This document shows positions 13,393 to 26,310 of a DNA stretch of 64,000 bases, piece after piece. How positions within the stretch are numbered: the first letter of the stretch is position 1; each line of letters opens with the position of its first letter. A program made the translations under genes and the position numbers. The notes under the pieces were generated by a model, which had not been told where the DNA came from, did not search any database, and saw only the letters and a program-made list of their open reading frames with translations. The DNA is from Dipteris shenzhenensis. Its lineage: Eukaryota. The stretch lies in assembly GCA_047967505.1 (NCBI GenBank), contig CM106538.1, one strand, 5' to 3'.

Positions 13393-13995
13393 TGAAGAAA
13401 CTTCAGTGCGAAAATCCAAGTTTACTTGGTGAAGTCATCAATAAAAGTGACAAAATAATAGAATCCCCCACTAGCTGCAACTCTCATGGGTCCACAAACA
13501 TCACTATGAACCAAATAAAGCTTGTGTGAACCACCAACTCTCCCATCCTTGGGAAACGCAACAGGGTGCATCTTACCAAGCAAGCATGGTTAACAAATAT
13601 GTTTTGTAGGCATATGCATTTTGGGAAGATCAACAATCATATCCTCCTTATATAACTTCACAAGGGTTCCAAAATTGAGGTTTCTGCACTAGAAGAACCA
13701 GATACTGCAAAACCAAACTCTTTCTCAGGCATAATATTATCAATGTTGGCCAACTGCTCCTTCAAATCCTTCACATTAGTGAGATAGGCATCCATGTTAC
13801 CACCCTCTTCAAGCTTAAGGTCTTTCAACCGTTGCAGAGATAGGCAACCCTCGCCTCATTCCGCACCTGATACAAAGATGCAAGCTGATCCCATGCTTGC
13901 TTAGCTGTCTTGCAAGACCGGATATGAGGGATAATAACCCGTTTCATTGAAAGAGCAATCAAGGCATGTGCTTTGGCATCATGACCATCCCACTG

Positions 13996-14220
13996 AATAA
14001 AAATGGAAACGAAGTTTGCCCATCTCATGTGCTTCTTTGACAAGTTTCTCTGAGTGAGAAAGTATCGCAGCGATTGATGATCAGTTTGCACATAAAAATC
14101 AGCACCTAAAGATAGTGCTTTCACATAGTAAGAGCATGAATTATAGCTACCAATTCTTGCTCATACACATTCATGTTGTGTTCAGCATCTCGGAGCGGCC
14201 TGCTCTCATATGCAACCATT
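13996..14220 (-). mobile_element. Ty3/gypsy RNase H fragment inserted in copia-B gag
   Basis: AYESRPLRDAE..YEQELVAIIHAL..GADFYVQTDHQSLRYFLTQRNLSKKHMRWANF, homologous to ORF 61032-61460. Confidence 0.8.
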
Positions 14221-15402
14221 ATTTGGCACTCTTATATGGTTAACACAAGTTCTATTTTTGACACACAAGAGTGGAACAGTAGAAGAGAGATGGAAAGGAT
14301 AGCAAAGATGCCTTGGCACCCTACTAGTCCATGAGCCTTATAAATGTAAAGAAAGAGACAGTGCTAAAAGGAAAAGGGTTCCCTTCAAAAGGTGACTTGT
14401 ATAAAAGACCAAATGGTTGACTTCGGTCTTCATTGTTGTATGCACAAGTTTGGAATACAAGCTCCCTCTTCTCTTCCAAGAGTTTCTTTGGGTGTTCTCT
14501 TGTTTCCTTTGTAGTACCTTTGTGTTTTCCACTCCATCCCCCTTCACTCCCCTCTTCCCTTTTCCTTCTCCCTCCCTTCTCTCGTCTCTTCTCCCTTCTC
14601 CCCCTTCCCTCTTTCTCTCGTAAACACATTGCAACAATCCAAGAGCCGCTTGAGTGACAAATGCGGATGGCTCGTGCCTTGCATTGCTCTCATAAGGAGT
14701 ATCTTGGAGTGGAGGTTCCATCGACATTCCTTCAAGATTTCCACGACACATGAGTCACTGTCAAGACTACACAATGTGCAAGGATAAGGCAGCCTCTCCC
14801 TAAGGCACTCCCTATTCCTGAGCCTTAGTCCCTCATTCCAAGAGCTTCCACTCACCCTTGCCATCTGCACACGTCCAAAACCACAATACAAAACCAAGTC
14901 AAGTCCCAAAAAAGTCAGAAATCATCCTCAAATTATCCAAGCATAAATTAATTTTAGGAAAGTGTCATGTTTTTGTCCATATATACAAACATCAAATCCT
15001 ATTTTTCCCAGTTCATATTGAAACCCCCTTTTCATCAGGTATATACCCGATATATACCGATGCCAAGCCCTTTTGAAGACCCATCACTTGAAGAAGAACC
15101 AGAGGCAGTAGGTGCAGCACCAGAAGTGACAGTGCGTGTAGGCCTGGCCTCAGAACCTGAAACAATATGCCATAGATTCTTGGCAACCAAAACATGTCCC
15201 ATCATGTATGACCACATGGGATAATTGGTGCCATCAAGCTTGTCATCAACCCCAAGCATCCCAAACAAATCATCTTTGCCACTAGACATGGTGTTGAAAT
15301 TCAAGACAAATGCACCAACTGGCAAAGCAAATGAGAGAAAGACAACCTCTCAAAAATCAAGTAACAAAATTCTGCCCAAGTTTCAAAGCTTATGCTTGCA
15401 AG

Positions 15403-18400
15403 CATGGTTGTAAGACATGTTAGACACGCTTTAGACACGAGTGTCTAAAGTGTCTTAAAGGTAAGACACATAAGACACATTTTTCAGTTATAATAATATT
15501 AAATTTAAAAATATAAGTATGTATAAGTACAACTTGGTAGCATGACTAGCTGCTAGTTTTAACATTTTAGAAGTACAATGTAGTTAAGAGTGAAGACTTC
15601 TCACTTGTCAATTAAAACTTAAAAGTTAAATGCCAAGACTCCACGGACCCGGAACTTCTTGCAAGTTAAAAGTCAAGACTCAAGACTTAAAAGTTAAAAG
15701 TTAAGACTCAAGACTCATGGGCTTGCAAGTCATGACTCACAACTTTAAGGTTTAAAGTGCAAACCAACAATTTGATATTCAAATTTCCAAATTACAACTT
15801 AAAAAGAGCCTAGAGGGCTACATAGATGATAGTCAATCATCATAGATCAATAAAGTTTAAACATATGTCATAAATAACTCGGCCAATGCCAACAATCTAG
15901 TAGTCACATGTGACATGAATGAAATCTGAATCCTCATACATATAACTGAATGGGAAACTTTTGAATCTCAAGAGTCAAGTCTCTCAAGACTCATCCTAGT
16001 CTGAATCTGCTAGGTCACTGCCACTGCTGGATCCAAAGTCACCATCAGTGATAGTGTTACCCTCACTATCATACTGTGGCTCCTCAGGCACCTCATCCTC
16101 CTCCTCCTCATCATCATCCTCCCCCTCCTCCTCGTCCAAGGCAAACCGCATAGGTGTATCTGACGAGGTACTAGCCATAGCCACGGCTCTCCCATGGCCA
16201 CGTCGGATGGCACAACCACGACCTTGTGCTCCTCTTCCACCACTCCTACCTCTGACTCTGGCCTCTGCCTCTGCCCCTACCCTCACCTGTGTCTCTCTGT
16301 GCTGGAATAGCAATGGCTGATCTACGACGTGAACGAGTGACTCGTCTATCTATGGGCTCTAGCTGTCTATGTAGCTGTGCATATATCTCCTCCTCATCAG
16401 CTTCAACTCTAGCATAAGTAGGCAACTTGGTTATGTCAATGCTTGTAGGATCCACCTGCAACAACATTTAGAAGCGTATGTTCAATGTTCATTGTTATGA
16501 TTTCAATTTCCTAGATATATTTAGAATCGAAATCATAGATGATAGAACATGTTACAATAGACTCAAGCTACCAATGTTACCTGCATTGGACCTGCCAAGT
16601 TTTTAAGCTTTCTTATAAGCCTCAAGTTTGCACGGCAGTATACTAAGCGCTCGAGTTGCCTTGTGCTTAACTTGTTCCTTATTTTCGTATGGATCAAAGA
16701 GTAGGAGCTCCAGTTCCTCTCGCATGCTCTTGCTGCACATTCCTTTTGGTTCCAAATCCCGATTGGCATTTACAAATCGAGATTAAAGGAGTGAGAATCA
16801 AGATCAATCATCATCTACATTTACAGTTTACCAAACTAGGAATAGCAAATGCCAAAGATATATGTCTCAGCTCTCACCTGAGATAAAATCCGGAGGGCCA
16901 ACTTCTGCACTCGAGGAGTGGAGTAGCCATATGCCTCCCACCACTCAATTGGCTTCACACAAATCTCTTTCCTTCTAGACGTGGGTCTAGAGAAGGAAAC
17001 ACCCACACTATTTTGATACTGAGAAATCTCCAAGTCCAGCTCCAATTGCTCATCCTCTGAAAAAACCCTCCCTGTGTAGGCATCTCTATCCGCCAATAAC
17101 TCTGGCGTATTGAATAAATCAACTGACTTAAATAGTGGATGCAAAAGTGTTGCAAGCCCATGGATGGGCCTACGCATGAACTGCCATCTCGTATCCACTA
17201 GAGACCTTATTTCTTCCAATCTACATATCAAAATAATTTGTAAATTATAATAAACACTGATAATGGATTTATGATAAGTGATGATTCATTACTTATTAAT
17301 ATAATGGACATAGACCAACCTAATCTCTTAGGTGCGAGGGAGTTACATGTACTCAGCGAAACACGCAACTGCTCCATGAAATGATGGACCAAGCCAAGAG
17401 TACTTCCCTCCATATCAGTCACCCGCAAGACAGCGAATAAAGGATGGAGAGCTTTCACTATGGACTCCATGTCAGTCCAAAGTGAGTGATCCAAGCACAT
17501 CCTCTGTACTGTCATGCTCTCTGACATGGTAGAGTCAGGCCACTCTAACCACATCCGAGACACCACTGTCTGTCGAAGAGCTGCATGCACTGCAAGAAGG
17601 CGGTCCAAAACAATGTGCATGTATGCAAAGCATGTCTTCGATGGCCGGACAATTTTCAAGTTGCTATGCACCCTGAATATGGCCAAGGCCTTGGGCTTCT
17701 TCTTAAAGAAGGCTGCAATGGTACTAGTAGTCTGCATCACACTAGCAATCCAAGGGAGCGGACCGATGTCCTCCATGAGAAGGTCTAGACAATGTGAAGC
17801 ACAAGGAGTCCATACAATGGAAGGAAACTCTACCTCCACAAGCTCTCCCATCCTCACACAATTACTTGCATTGTCTATAACAACTTGGACCACATTCTCA
17901 GGCCCTATCTCGATGATAGCTGCTCGGATATGCTGAAAAATGACTTCATCTGTAGTGCTAGCACCTCCTCGACCTGTATCAACAGCTTTCAAAAAATAGG
18001 TATCAAGGCATGAGGATACCAATATATTAATGATGCCCCTCCTTCTAACATCACTCCATCCATCAGACAGAATGCTGCAACCAAATTTCTTCTATCCCTC
18101 CTTGATAGGATGAAGAGCTTTGTTAATTCTTCCTATCCCCTCCTCCAACACAGATGTCCTCATCGCACCATATGTCACACCTGTCCATGTATCTGTAGCT
18201 CCCACAGCTGCCACTGCCTTGATCATCCTCTTCCACTGTGGTGTTTGTAGGACATTGAAAGCAAAATTGCATTCAATCACAATCCTCCCAATTTCAATAT
18301 CTGCCAAACGCTGCCGCTCTTTTTGCCAAGACTGTGTGGACAATGCACCTGATAAAGTCCCTTGGTTCTTTTTCGAAGTAGCCATAGCGGTGGATGGTGG

Positions 18401-19642
18401 TGAGGATGTAGCAAAAGCAATGCCCTCTTTCCTAGCCCTCTTCTCTGCATGAGAGGAACCAATAGCACTAGAGTCACTATCCATAGCATCATTAAGGTTG
18501 ATAGTGTGAGACTCAGGCCCCAACAAATCCTCATCTTGCAAGGCAACAGGCATGGTACTAGTTCCACCACAAAGTTTTGGATGATCTCTGATAACTGTCT
18601 GCGCAATCTCAAAAGGAACAAAAGTACATCCACCAATTCCCCTACCACCAAGTCCAGAAACATGGAGAATAAGACGTGTCACTGAGCTCAAAAAAGGCTC
18701 GCCACAATAATTGCACTTCCACTCTTTGTTTCCTGACCCCGTTGCCACAGCGGGGTTAATCATAGTGGTATGGATCCCCCAAAGTGGATTTGGAGGTTTA
18801 GGCATGGTAAAGCACGGTACCCTGTACGGATTTACCGTATGTTCAATCCTGCTGCTGGTTTGGGTGACAAGCATCAACGTTGGAGCTCAGCCTGCCTTCA
18901 GGTTCACGTTGTGCATCGTTTGCTTCTTTTATCTCGTTATATAGTGCTGTTTTTGAAGGCCTTGAAGGCTCCACTCTGCATCTTGCTTTCTCCTTTCCCA
19001 AAAAATTAGGGCAATTATGGGCTGAAAGCCCTAAGAAAGTTGGCCCCCTTCTGGGCTTGTTTCAGATAAGAGCCTGCTAGTATAACAATAAATTTAAAGG
19101 GGGCAAAGTATGGGCTGAAAGCCCTAATTAATTTGGCCTCCTTGGGGCTGCATAGCACCATACTAGCATTGCTTATGCCTTATGCATGAGACTTGTTACT
19201 GCTTAATGCTTGAGCCTTGAAGTTTCTATTGCAGCTTGCTCGGCATGTGCATTTCTCAACACAATTAGTCTATAGATTGCAGTTTACTTGCTTGTTCTAC
19301 TTCTCCCAAAATTTATATTGAATTATGCTCGTGTGCATGCCAACATGACAGGTCACAGGTCATAGCAGCAGAGAATTACAGCATAGCAACAGAGAATTAC
19401 AGCATAGCAGTATGGCGAATCTTCAGCAGCCGTACAAGAGAGGCAAAAAAGCGTACGGGGCACCGTGGTACGGACGGCATGTACGGAGTCCAGACGATGA
19501 GTCACGAAACGAAAATGCTATTCGCAAAGTCTAAGGTCCAAAACGTTGAAATTTTAGGGCTTTTAAATTTTATAAAAAATTTAAAGTGTCTAAACGTGTG
19601 TTAAGTGTCTTACCATAAGACACGAGTGTCTTAACGACCCTG
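15403..19642 (-). mobile_element. hAT DNA transposon (BED finger, DUF659-type core, hAT dimerisation domain) with TIRs and 8-bp TSD
   Basis: Imperfect TIRs CATGGTTGTAAGACA / TGTCTTAACGACCCTG. Flanks cttgcaag (15395-15402) and cctgcaag (19643-19650). Subterminal AGACAC/GTGTCT repeats at both ends. Confidence 0.92.
15996..18805 (-). pseudogene. Intron-containing hAT transposase, disrupted
   Basis: WKCNYC..H (BED finger), SDGWSD, VVQVVIDNASN, WTPCASHCLDL, PIEWWEAYG, ACERNWSSY..RNKL. Premature TAG at 18092-18094. GT-AG introns near 17222-17320, ~16745-16878 and 16457-16580 (approximate). Frameshift in the last exon. Confidence 0.85.
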
Positions 19643-20914
19643 CCTGCAAGAGACTCTAATGTCCCAAGGTGTACCTGTTGCAAGAAAAATCCCCAAAGGC
19701 AACACGAGGCCTTCCAAGGCAACACGAGGCCTTTCCAAAATGCAAATGAAGCAGAAATTGGAAAGGACCACTGCAACAACAGCTTACCCAATGATGTAGC
19801 CCGAAAGGACAGTAGTGTAAGGCTCTAAATGCGAGCAAATGAGAGCTGCAAATGAGAATTACAGCAAAAGAAAGTGCTCCCACGAGAAGGAGAGCACCTA
19901 GAAATGGAGAGGAAGAGATCCAATGGAGGGGAACTCGCAGCCCCAGGCAAAGGGATGCCAAATGAGGAAGAATGGGCTCAGGGAGGAGTGGACTCCAAAT
20001 CACTTCAACATGCTCCAAATGGCTTCAACAGCCGGCACACAGCTCGGGGCAGCAAGAAAACTGCTCCAAAGGGCTTCAACAGCCAGCACACAGCTCAAGG
20101 CAGCTCCCAAACGCTGGCACGCTTCACAAAACAGCTCTAGAATGCTGGAAAGCTTCAAATTTGCTGGCATGCACCTCGAGATAGATCCGTAAAGCAAAGC
20201 AGCAGCATTAAATGATCCGTACAATCCCAAAATGACCCATACAAATCACACGTGTGGGCGCAACAGGTCCGTACAGTCTCGAAATGCTCTGTACAACACT
20301 GCGCCTGCTTTAAATGCATCTGTACAAGTGTACGGATTCCGTACAACGGGCCGTAAAGTTGTACAGATTTCGTACAGCAACAAAGACCTCACACGTGTGG
20401 TCGAATTTACTACAGCAGGCTGGAGGATGCTCCAAAATGCAGCTCCCTTCGCGGTGGTTGCTCCAAACTGCAATCTTCTCGCGTCAAAAAGAGGGTTTTC
20501 GCGATAGAAGTGCTTAGAGAGACCTCAAACGCTCTCGGGTGTGTGGAAACCAGCAAGACCAGCAAGAATGAGAGGGCTCAGGAGACTGCCAAACAGCTTT
20601 GGAAAGCTGTCAATGGTTGAGGGAATGGATTGCCGACCTGCTCTGATACCACTGTTGGCTATGACAAGCAATGAAAGCTCAAAAATGGAAGCAAGAAGAA
20701 GAAAAACGAGATGCTGTAATAGATTGCTGCGAAACTGAGAGTGGAGGGAGCCAACATAACAAAACCCTATGGCTAACTGCCCTAACTGGACTAAGTGTCC
20801 TGACTGACCTAGGTGGTACATGTACTAACTATACCAATAGTCCTAACTGACTATAACTAGGGCCTACAACAAGGAATAAGTGGCATTTATGGATAGCCCA
20901 TAGGATGGCCTACA

Positions 20915-23260
20915 ATTTTCAAAGTCTTCTCCAAAAGACTCTCTCCAAATTAGCTAACACCTGATAACCGTCCCAATGAGGGGCTCTGTAAGGCCTCCAA
21001 CCTCTACAACTGATGTGGAACCTTCTGGCATTACTCACCGTGTAACAAAAAAAGGAAGACTCCTCTCTTGGTTCCCTGCACCAATCCATTCCCACTATCC
21101 GGGGTCCCATTGAAGAAACTTTATGCGGAATCCTCCATAGAGCCACAACCTCCATGAACCCAAAAAAGAAAGAGGACTTGCCAAGCAGAGTCCTTGCCCT
21201 GTTCTACAAAGCCTATGATCCTGACAGGCTGAAAAGGAATGCCCAAAAGAATATCATCCGAGGAAATAGAGAGCCTACCACCGAGGTGTTACATCAAAAA
21301 CCAAGGCATCCTCTTGTGGTCCCAAGAAAATGACTTGAATAAGAATACATGTCATCGAGAAAGCCCCCATCCAAGGTGAACAGCCACAGGTCTATCATCT
21401 GTAATCACCCAATCATTGGGTAAGGCTGCATCTATCTAAAGTATCCTCCTTGCACTTCCATTGAGATGACAGACCAATTGTTGTTGACGATCTTCTGGAA
21501 GCCTTTTGAAGGCTTTCCAAGAACCCACCGCAGGGCCTCTCTCCCACTTGGACCACCGCATGAAATGAGACAAACCAAGCTGCCTACCATGCTCATCAAG
21601 GATACAATCATTCCACATGATAGGCTACCTCTGAATCTCTTCGAGAGAGGAGGAAGGAACTCTCCAAAGAGTACTTCTAAGGCTTGACCAAGCTTCAGAA
21701 TAGCAACCATAAGCGGGGAGGATGGAGATCTGAGACGGGTTGAAGTGAAAATCCATCTGGTGCTATCCATCCAGTCTCCACCTGAGGAGGGTCTGCATGT
21801 CTAAATGCACTAAATTAAGAAATTTCTCCAAGGCTCATCCCCAGGCCAAAAGCCTCTAACCACAAACTTGCAAAGCAATGCCTTCTATGATGTTGAGACC
21901 CCCCTCCTGTGTGGGAAGGATCAAGGTCTCCCAAGCCACCCTGGCAATAGTGTTTGCTATGCCATCTAGCCCACTCCATCAAAAATTCCTTATAGACCTT
22001 ACGAGCTGAGTGATGCAATCCTTGGAACTGCACCAGCATGAGCAAACATATCAAGCTGTGGCCAACAGAACCTTGTTGACAACCACCACCTTGGATGCGA
22101 GGTCCAACCTAGCCGAACTCCAAAAAAAGAGTTTCCTCCTGATACTCTCCAACACCGGAGCAAACTGCTGTGAAGAAGAGATACCCATACAAACCTGGCA
22201 TCCTACGTACCTGACTAGCACATACCTCTGAGTCCAAGTGAAGCCCAATCAACCCCCCAGTCCGAAGTTTCATCATCACTGATCCAAAAGCCATTGACTA
22301 GTACCAATGAATGTGAGCACCTGCTGCCATACAAAACAAGTCCAAGGCTGTCCTAAAAGAGGTGAGAGTTTGAGGGGAGGCCTCCAAGAAAATAGCAGTG
22401 CCATCTACTAGCTCACAATCGACTAGGTCCTCCTATTTGAGCGGTAGTCTAAGCCTAAGAATGTCAACTCTGGACCAAAAATGCTCATCACCTCAGCCAC
22501 AAAAAGGAAAAGAAAAGGGACAAGAGGGCATCCTTGATGGACTGATCTGGAGATCTGAAATCTCTCCCCCCTGACCCCTTCTATAAGTACCTCACTGTGG
22601 GCTGATGTGTGCAAGGCTGAAACCCCTCTGATCCATGAATCTGAAAACCCAAAATGATGAAGGGTGCCCTCCAAGAAGAGTCCCAATCTACACTATCATA
22701 TGCTTTTTCAAAACGCAAGAGTAGAATGGCTATCTTTTGTCCACTGCGCATGGCCCACTCTGAAGCTTCCCAAAAAGAAAACATATTATCAAAAATGCTT
22801 ATGTCATGAACAAATCTGGTCTGTGTATCAAGTATAAGATTTGGAGGTCTGGGATGCAAACGCAAGTTGAAGGCTTTTGCCAGGATTTTATAGCAAGTAA
22901 AGTGATAGGTCTCCACTGCGACACTAAATTTATGCACCCTCCTTTTGGGATTAGATGTATCAGACCCTCTGTAAGTGAGTTTGTCATCTCACCTGAGTCC
23001 CAAACACCCTACAGGGCTGAGGTAATGTGATCCCCAATCATATCCCAAAAGATCAGAAAGAAAGAAGGTGTGAGTTAGTCTGCACCTGGGTACTTCCCCT
23101 CGTGAAGGGTAAGAAGTGCTGACTTGAACTCTATGTTGGTGAAAGGTGCATCAAGAGAAAGCCTCATATCTGGTTTCACCAACATCATAGGAATACACTG
23201 CGATATGACATGTCTACAATCATCAGTGGCCTCGCTACCAAGATCTTCTGAGAGAGATGC
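20915..23260 (-). mobile_element. L1-type LINE ORF2 fragment (RT and downstream region)
   Basis: Clear paralogue of 5800-6790 (QWRPITL, FEKAYDSVDW, QGCPLVPFLF, LESIRRKLFFWSSARL). Confidence 0.88.
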
Positions 23261-23261
23261 A

Positions 23262-24230
23262 AGGGACCGAGAGTAGAGCCTCCCCTTCTTTTTCTACGAT
23301 GGTCAGTAATTCCAAGAAGTTTCAACTCAGCCTTAGAGGCTCGAAGCCTACCAGAGCTCCTCATTGGGAGAGTTTTCAGATTTCTGCTTACTTGCAGAAA
23401 TCCTTTTGAAAGAGATCTAGAAATTCCTCACGAATAGAAAAATCACTCTTTTCTATTGGCTTTCTATACATGGAGGGATTATAGTGAACCAATGGAGGCA
23501 TGTGTTCCAAGCAAACTTTACTTGTATTCATTGCGTGTCTACTGAGGAGTCCATTCAACGTTGCTTATGGGACTATAGACATGCAAGGATCATCTAGAAA
23601 GCGATTGCTAGCTTATTAAGCACCTTCATGACCTACGGCTCGATAGCTTGGCTTTTTCTTTCAGGGCCTTACGTATTTAATGAGAGACATGACTCTTCTT
23701 GGGCGCTTTCACTACGACGACACTTGGTTGAGTCATGCTCTAGATGACATTCATGGCTCTCCTTACAAACCTGCACATGCCTCTGTGGATCCTTCATGGG
23801 ACATTCATGGGATTCTAGCAAGCATAGCGGAGTGGAATATTAGGAGATCCAAATGCATAGAAGCCTTGGATGGTTTCCAAGTTCACCCTATAGCCAGTAT
23901 TTCGATAAATATTGTACACACCTTGGTGGGGCCATTCGGGGGAGCATGTAGGGACCTTCCCAGCCAGCCTCTACTAGGAGGACTGTTTTCCTCAAGGAAT
24001 GGAGTGGCTCCCCATTCTTCTCAGAGACCCCCACAAGAGTGAGGTGGCACCTTCAGCCTCAACCTTGGATATTTTCTAGCCTCTCTCACGAGCTTGATTT
24101 TGCCCTACGAGGTGTTTGTTTTCTCATGCCTTGCATGATTTACTTCTCCCATGAGCTTTACTCTTAGAGTTTCTTACATACTTAATAGTGGAACAAAAAG
24201 AATGTCAACAAAAAGAAAGAAAGAAAGAAA
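23262..24230 (+). mobile_element. L1-type LINE 3' end with A-rich tail
   Basis: Aligns by eye to 49560-50600. Ends aaaaaagaaagaaagaaagaaa at ~24209-24230. Confidence 0.8.
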
Positions 24231-26310
24231 TTTTATTAGAGTCTTCGGAAGACCGATGGGTCTATGAGACTAAAAGAAAACCTAATACAAATCCCAGTAA
24301 GGTGGAGCTGCTAAAACGAGCATCATCACCCGTGCTGAATCCTAAGTCTGATCATACATAATCAAATACATAAAGTATGACAGTGAAAAGAAAAAAGACT
24401 GGAGCGGAACGTAATCCTTCGTATGTCATGTCGCCCTGGCTGGTGCATAGCCGGTGATGGGGTGCTGGCGTCCGTCAAGGAGTCTCGTGCATCTCGGTCT
24501 CCTAGAGGAGGCTCGATGCAAGACCAGAGCCACCGTGACTCCCACAGGACGTATCCCGAGTCTAAACAATGACGGGAGGTCCCCCAGAGTGATATGTGTG
24601 TCCCCTTAATGTCTCGTGTGTCGTGCTACGATCGTCAGGTCGGGGTCTCTATCACATCTGCGGCTAGAGACTGGATGATCAATGTCACTCGATGGGAAGA
24701 AATCTGTGATCCTGCGCTGAGAGGTGTCTGATGGTGTGGCCAAGCCCCATCGCCTGAGTAAGTACTCTCTGTGTTGGACCCCCTCGTGAATGAAGGCCGC
24801 AAGGCATCTTTGATCTGGGTAGGCGAGGAATCTGGAAAGGAGCCCGGAGCCGTCTCTGGAGAGACGGTGGTGGCGGCCTCGGATCTCGTAGTACACTGGG
24901 CACCTGAAAATAAAATGCTCCTCCGACTCAACCTCCTGACAGTCGCACAATATGCATATGCGATGCTCCCTAGGGATCCCCTCTGCTCTGCCGCTCCCTA
25001 TGCGGAGGCGGTGTGATGATACCCGAAACTGTCCGATGGAGATCCGTAGTGAGTGAGGCATATGAAGCTCAATGTACCCTGGTGGTGTGATGAATCCCTC
25101 CTCCGAAATACAAAGACAGTGATCTCTGTAGAAACTCAGCTTCACTGGAAGCTCCCTCGACTCCAACCAGGTCCTAAAGGTGTGTAGCTGCAAGAGATCC
25201 TCTCAAATGACCTGGTTGGTGTGTGGCTTGATCGGGATGGTGGGTGGGAGTACCAGAGGGGCATCTAAACTGTACTGAAAAGGAGGTATCCTATCGATGG
25301 AATCGAGAGCTAACCATGGCAACCTCTGTCTCCTTGATGTGCAGTCCCCATATGATCTAACCCGATGTAGATATGTGGTGGTTTGAAAGGCTGCATCTAG
25401 CTGGAGTGGAAAAGCACCAAACTCGGCTTGAATGATGTGATGTGGTACAAATGGTTTCCCCCGGATCATCCGTGAGAGCATGAGGATCTGCAAGTGCTCC
25501 ATCCGTGTCCACTCTATCTCTGACATGTCAGGTTCCCAACAAGGGCTGCCATACATACCGGCTGATCAGACCAAGGAGTCGAAGAGAAGAGCCTTGGTCC
25601 AAGGGTCCTGAAAGTGTGAGTGGAAGCACTGTCTCTCTAGCCGAGCCAGTGAGGCGTATCCTCTGCTCAATCTGGCCTGCATCACTAGTCTCATCATGAA
25701 GATCGAGCTAGAGAATATGACCCCCAAGTAAGTATATGAGGATACAATCTCAACTAGTGACCCACCGAAAGTAAACTGCTTCTGTTGCATGATTGCTCGA
25801 GAGGTATTAAAGATCATGACCTTGGTCTTGCCAAGGTTAACCTCCACATCATGGGATACACAAAAAGCCTGCAGTGCATCCAGGTGTCGCTGGAGCCCCT
25901 CGGGTGTGGACGACAAGAGTGCCACATCATCTGCATAAAGAAGAATCTTCATGATGATCCCGACAGGTGAGCAACCGGTCCCTCCAAACGCCCCCATGAA
26001 AGTCTCCAGCTCATCGATGTAGACGCGTTGGTGATAAGGGACAACCCTGTTTGACCCCTATGGTACTCAAGATCTCATCTGTCCAACATGCGCCTGTTCG
26101 AACTCGGCCTGAGACCCTCTCATAAAGTGCCATGACTGCCCAGATGATCTCCTAATCAAATCCCAGTGTCTGTAGGCGTGTGATGAGACGAGCTCGACGT
26201 ACTATGTCAAAGGCTTTTCAGAAATCCACAAAGCAGCAATATACCCTCTCCTTCCGTGATCTGGCCTCCTCAATGACACTCCTGAGTGTGAGTATGTGAT
26301 CCATAGTCCC
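24231..26310 (-). mobile_element. RTE-type LINE, 5'-truncated (RT and C-terminal CCHC domain)
   Basis: TMDHILTL..CCFVDF, KAFD, GVKQGC, LLYADDVAL, NLGKTKVM and YTYLGV motifs. C-terminal SSHRLRIGSGR..ICILC..ESEEHFIFRCP. Confidence 0.9.

Larger units (their letters stand above)
13393..20914 (-). mobile_element. Ty1/copia element B (5' LTR 20653-20914, PBS 20640-20651, gag, integrase start), interrupted by a hAT element and a ~1-kb insert
   Basis: LTR termini TGTAGGC...GCCAACA. Gag MSSGKDDLFG..DKLDGTNYPMW (15290 downward) and SMKRVIIPHIRSCKTAKQAW (13830-13995). Integrase LVHSDVCGPM..FVTFIDDF at 13420-13520. Confidence 0.88.

Noticed and set aside
20915-24230. Single 5'-inverted (twin-primed) LINE insertion
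   Set aside because: The geometry fits, but the minus and plus parts overlap by about 150 bp (20915-21080 vs 23262-23420) and the overlapping copies are clearly diverged. Two independent insertions are more likely.
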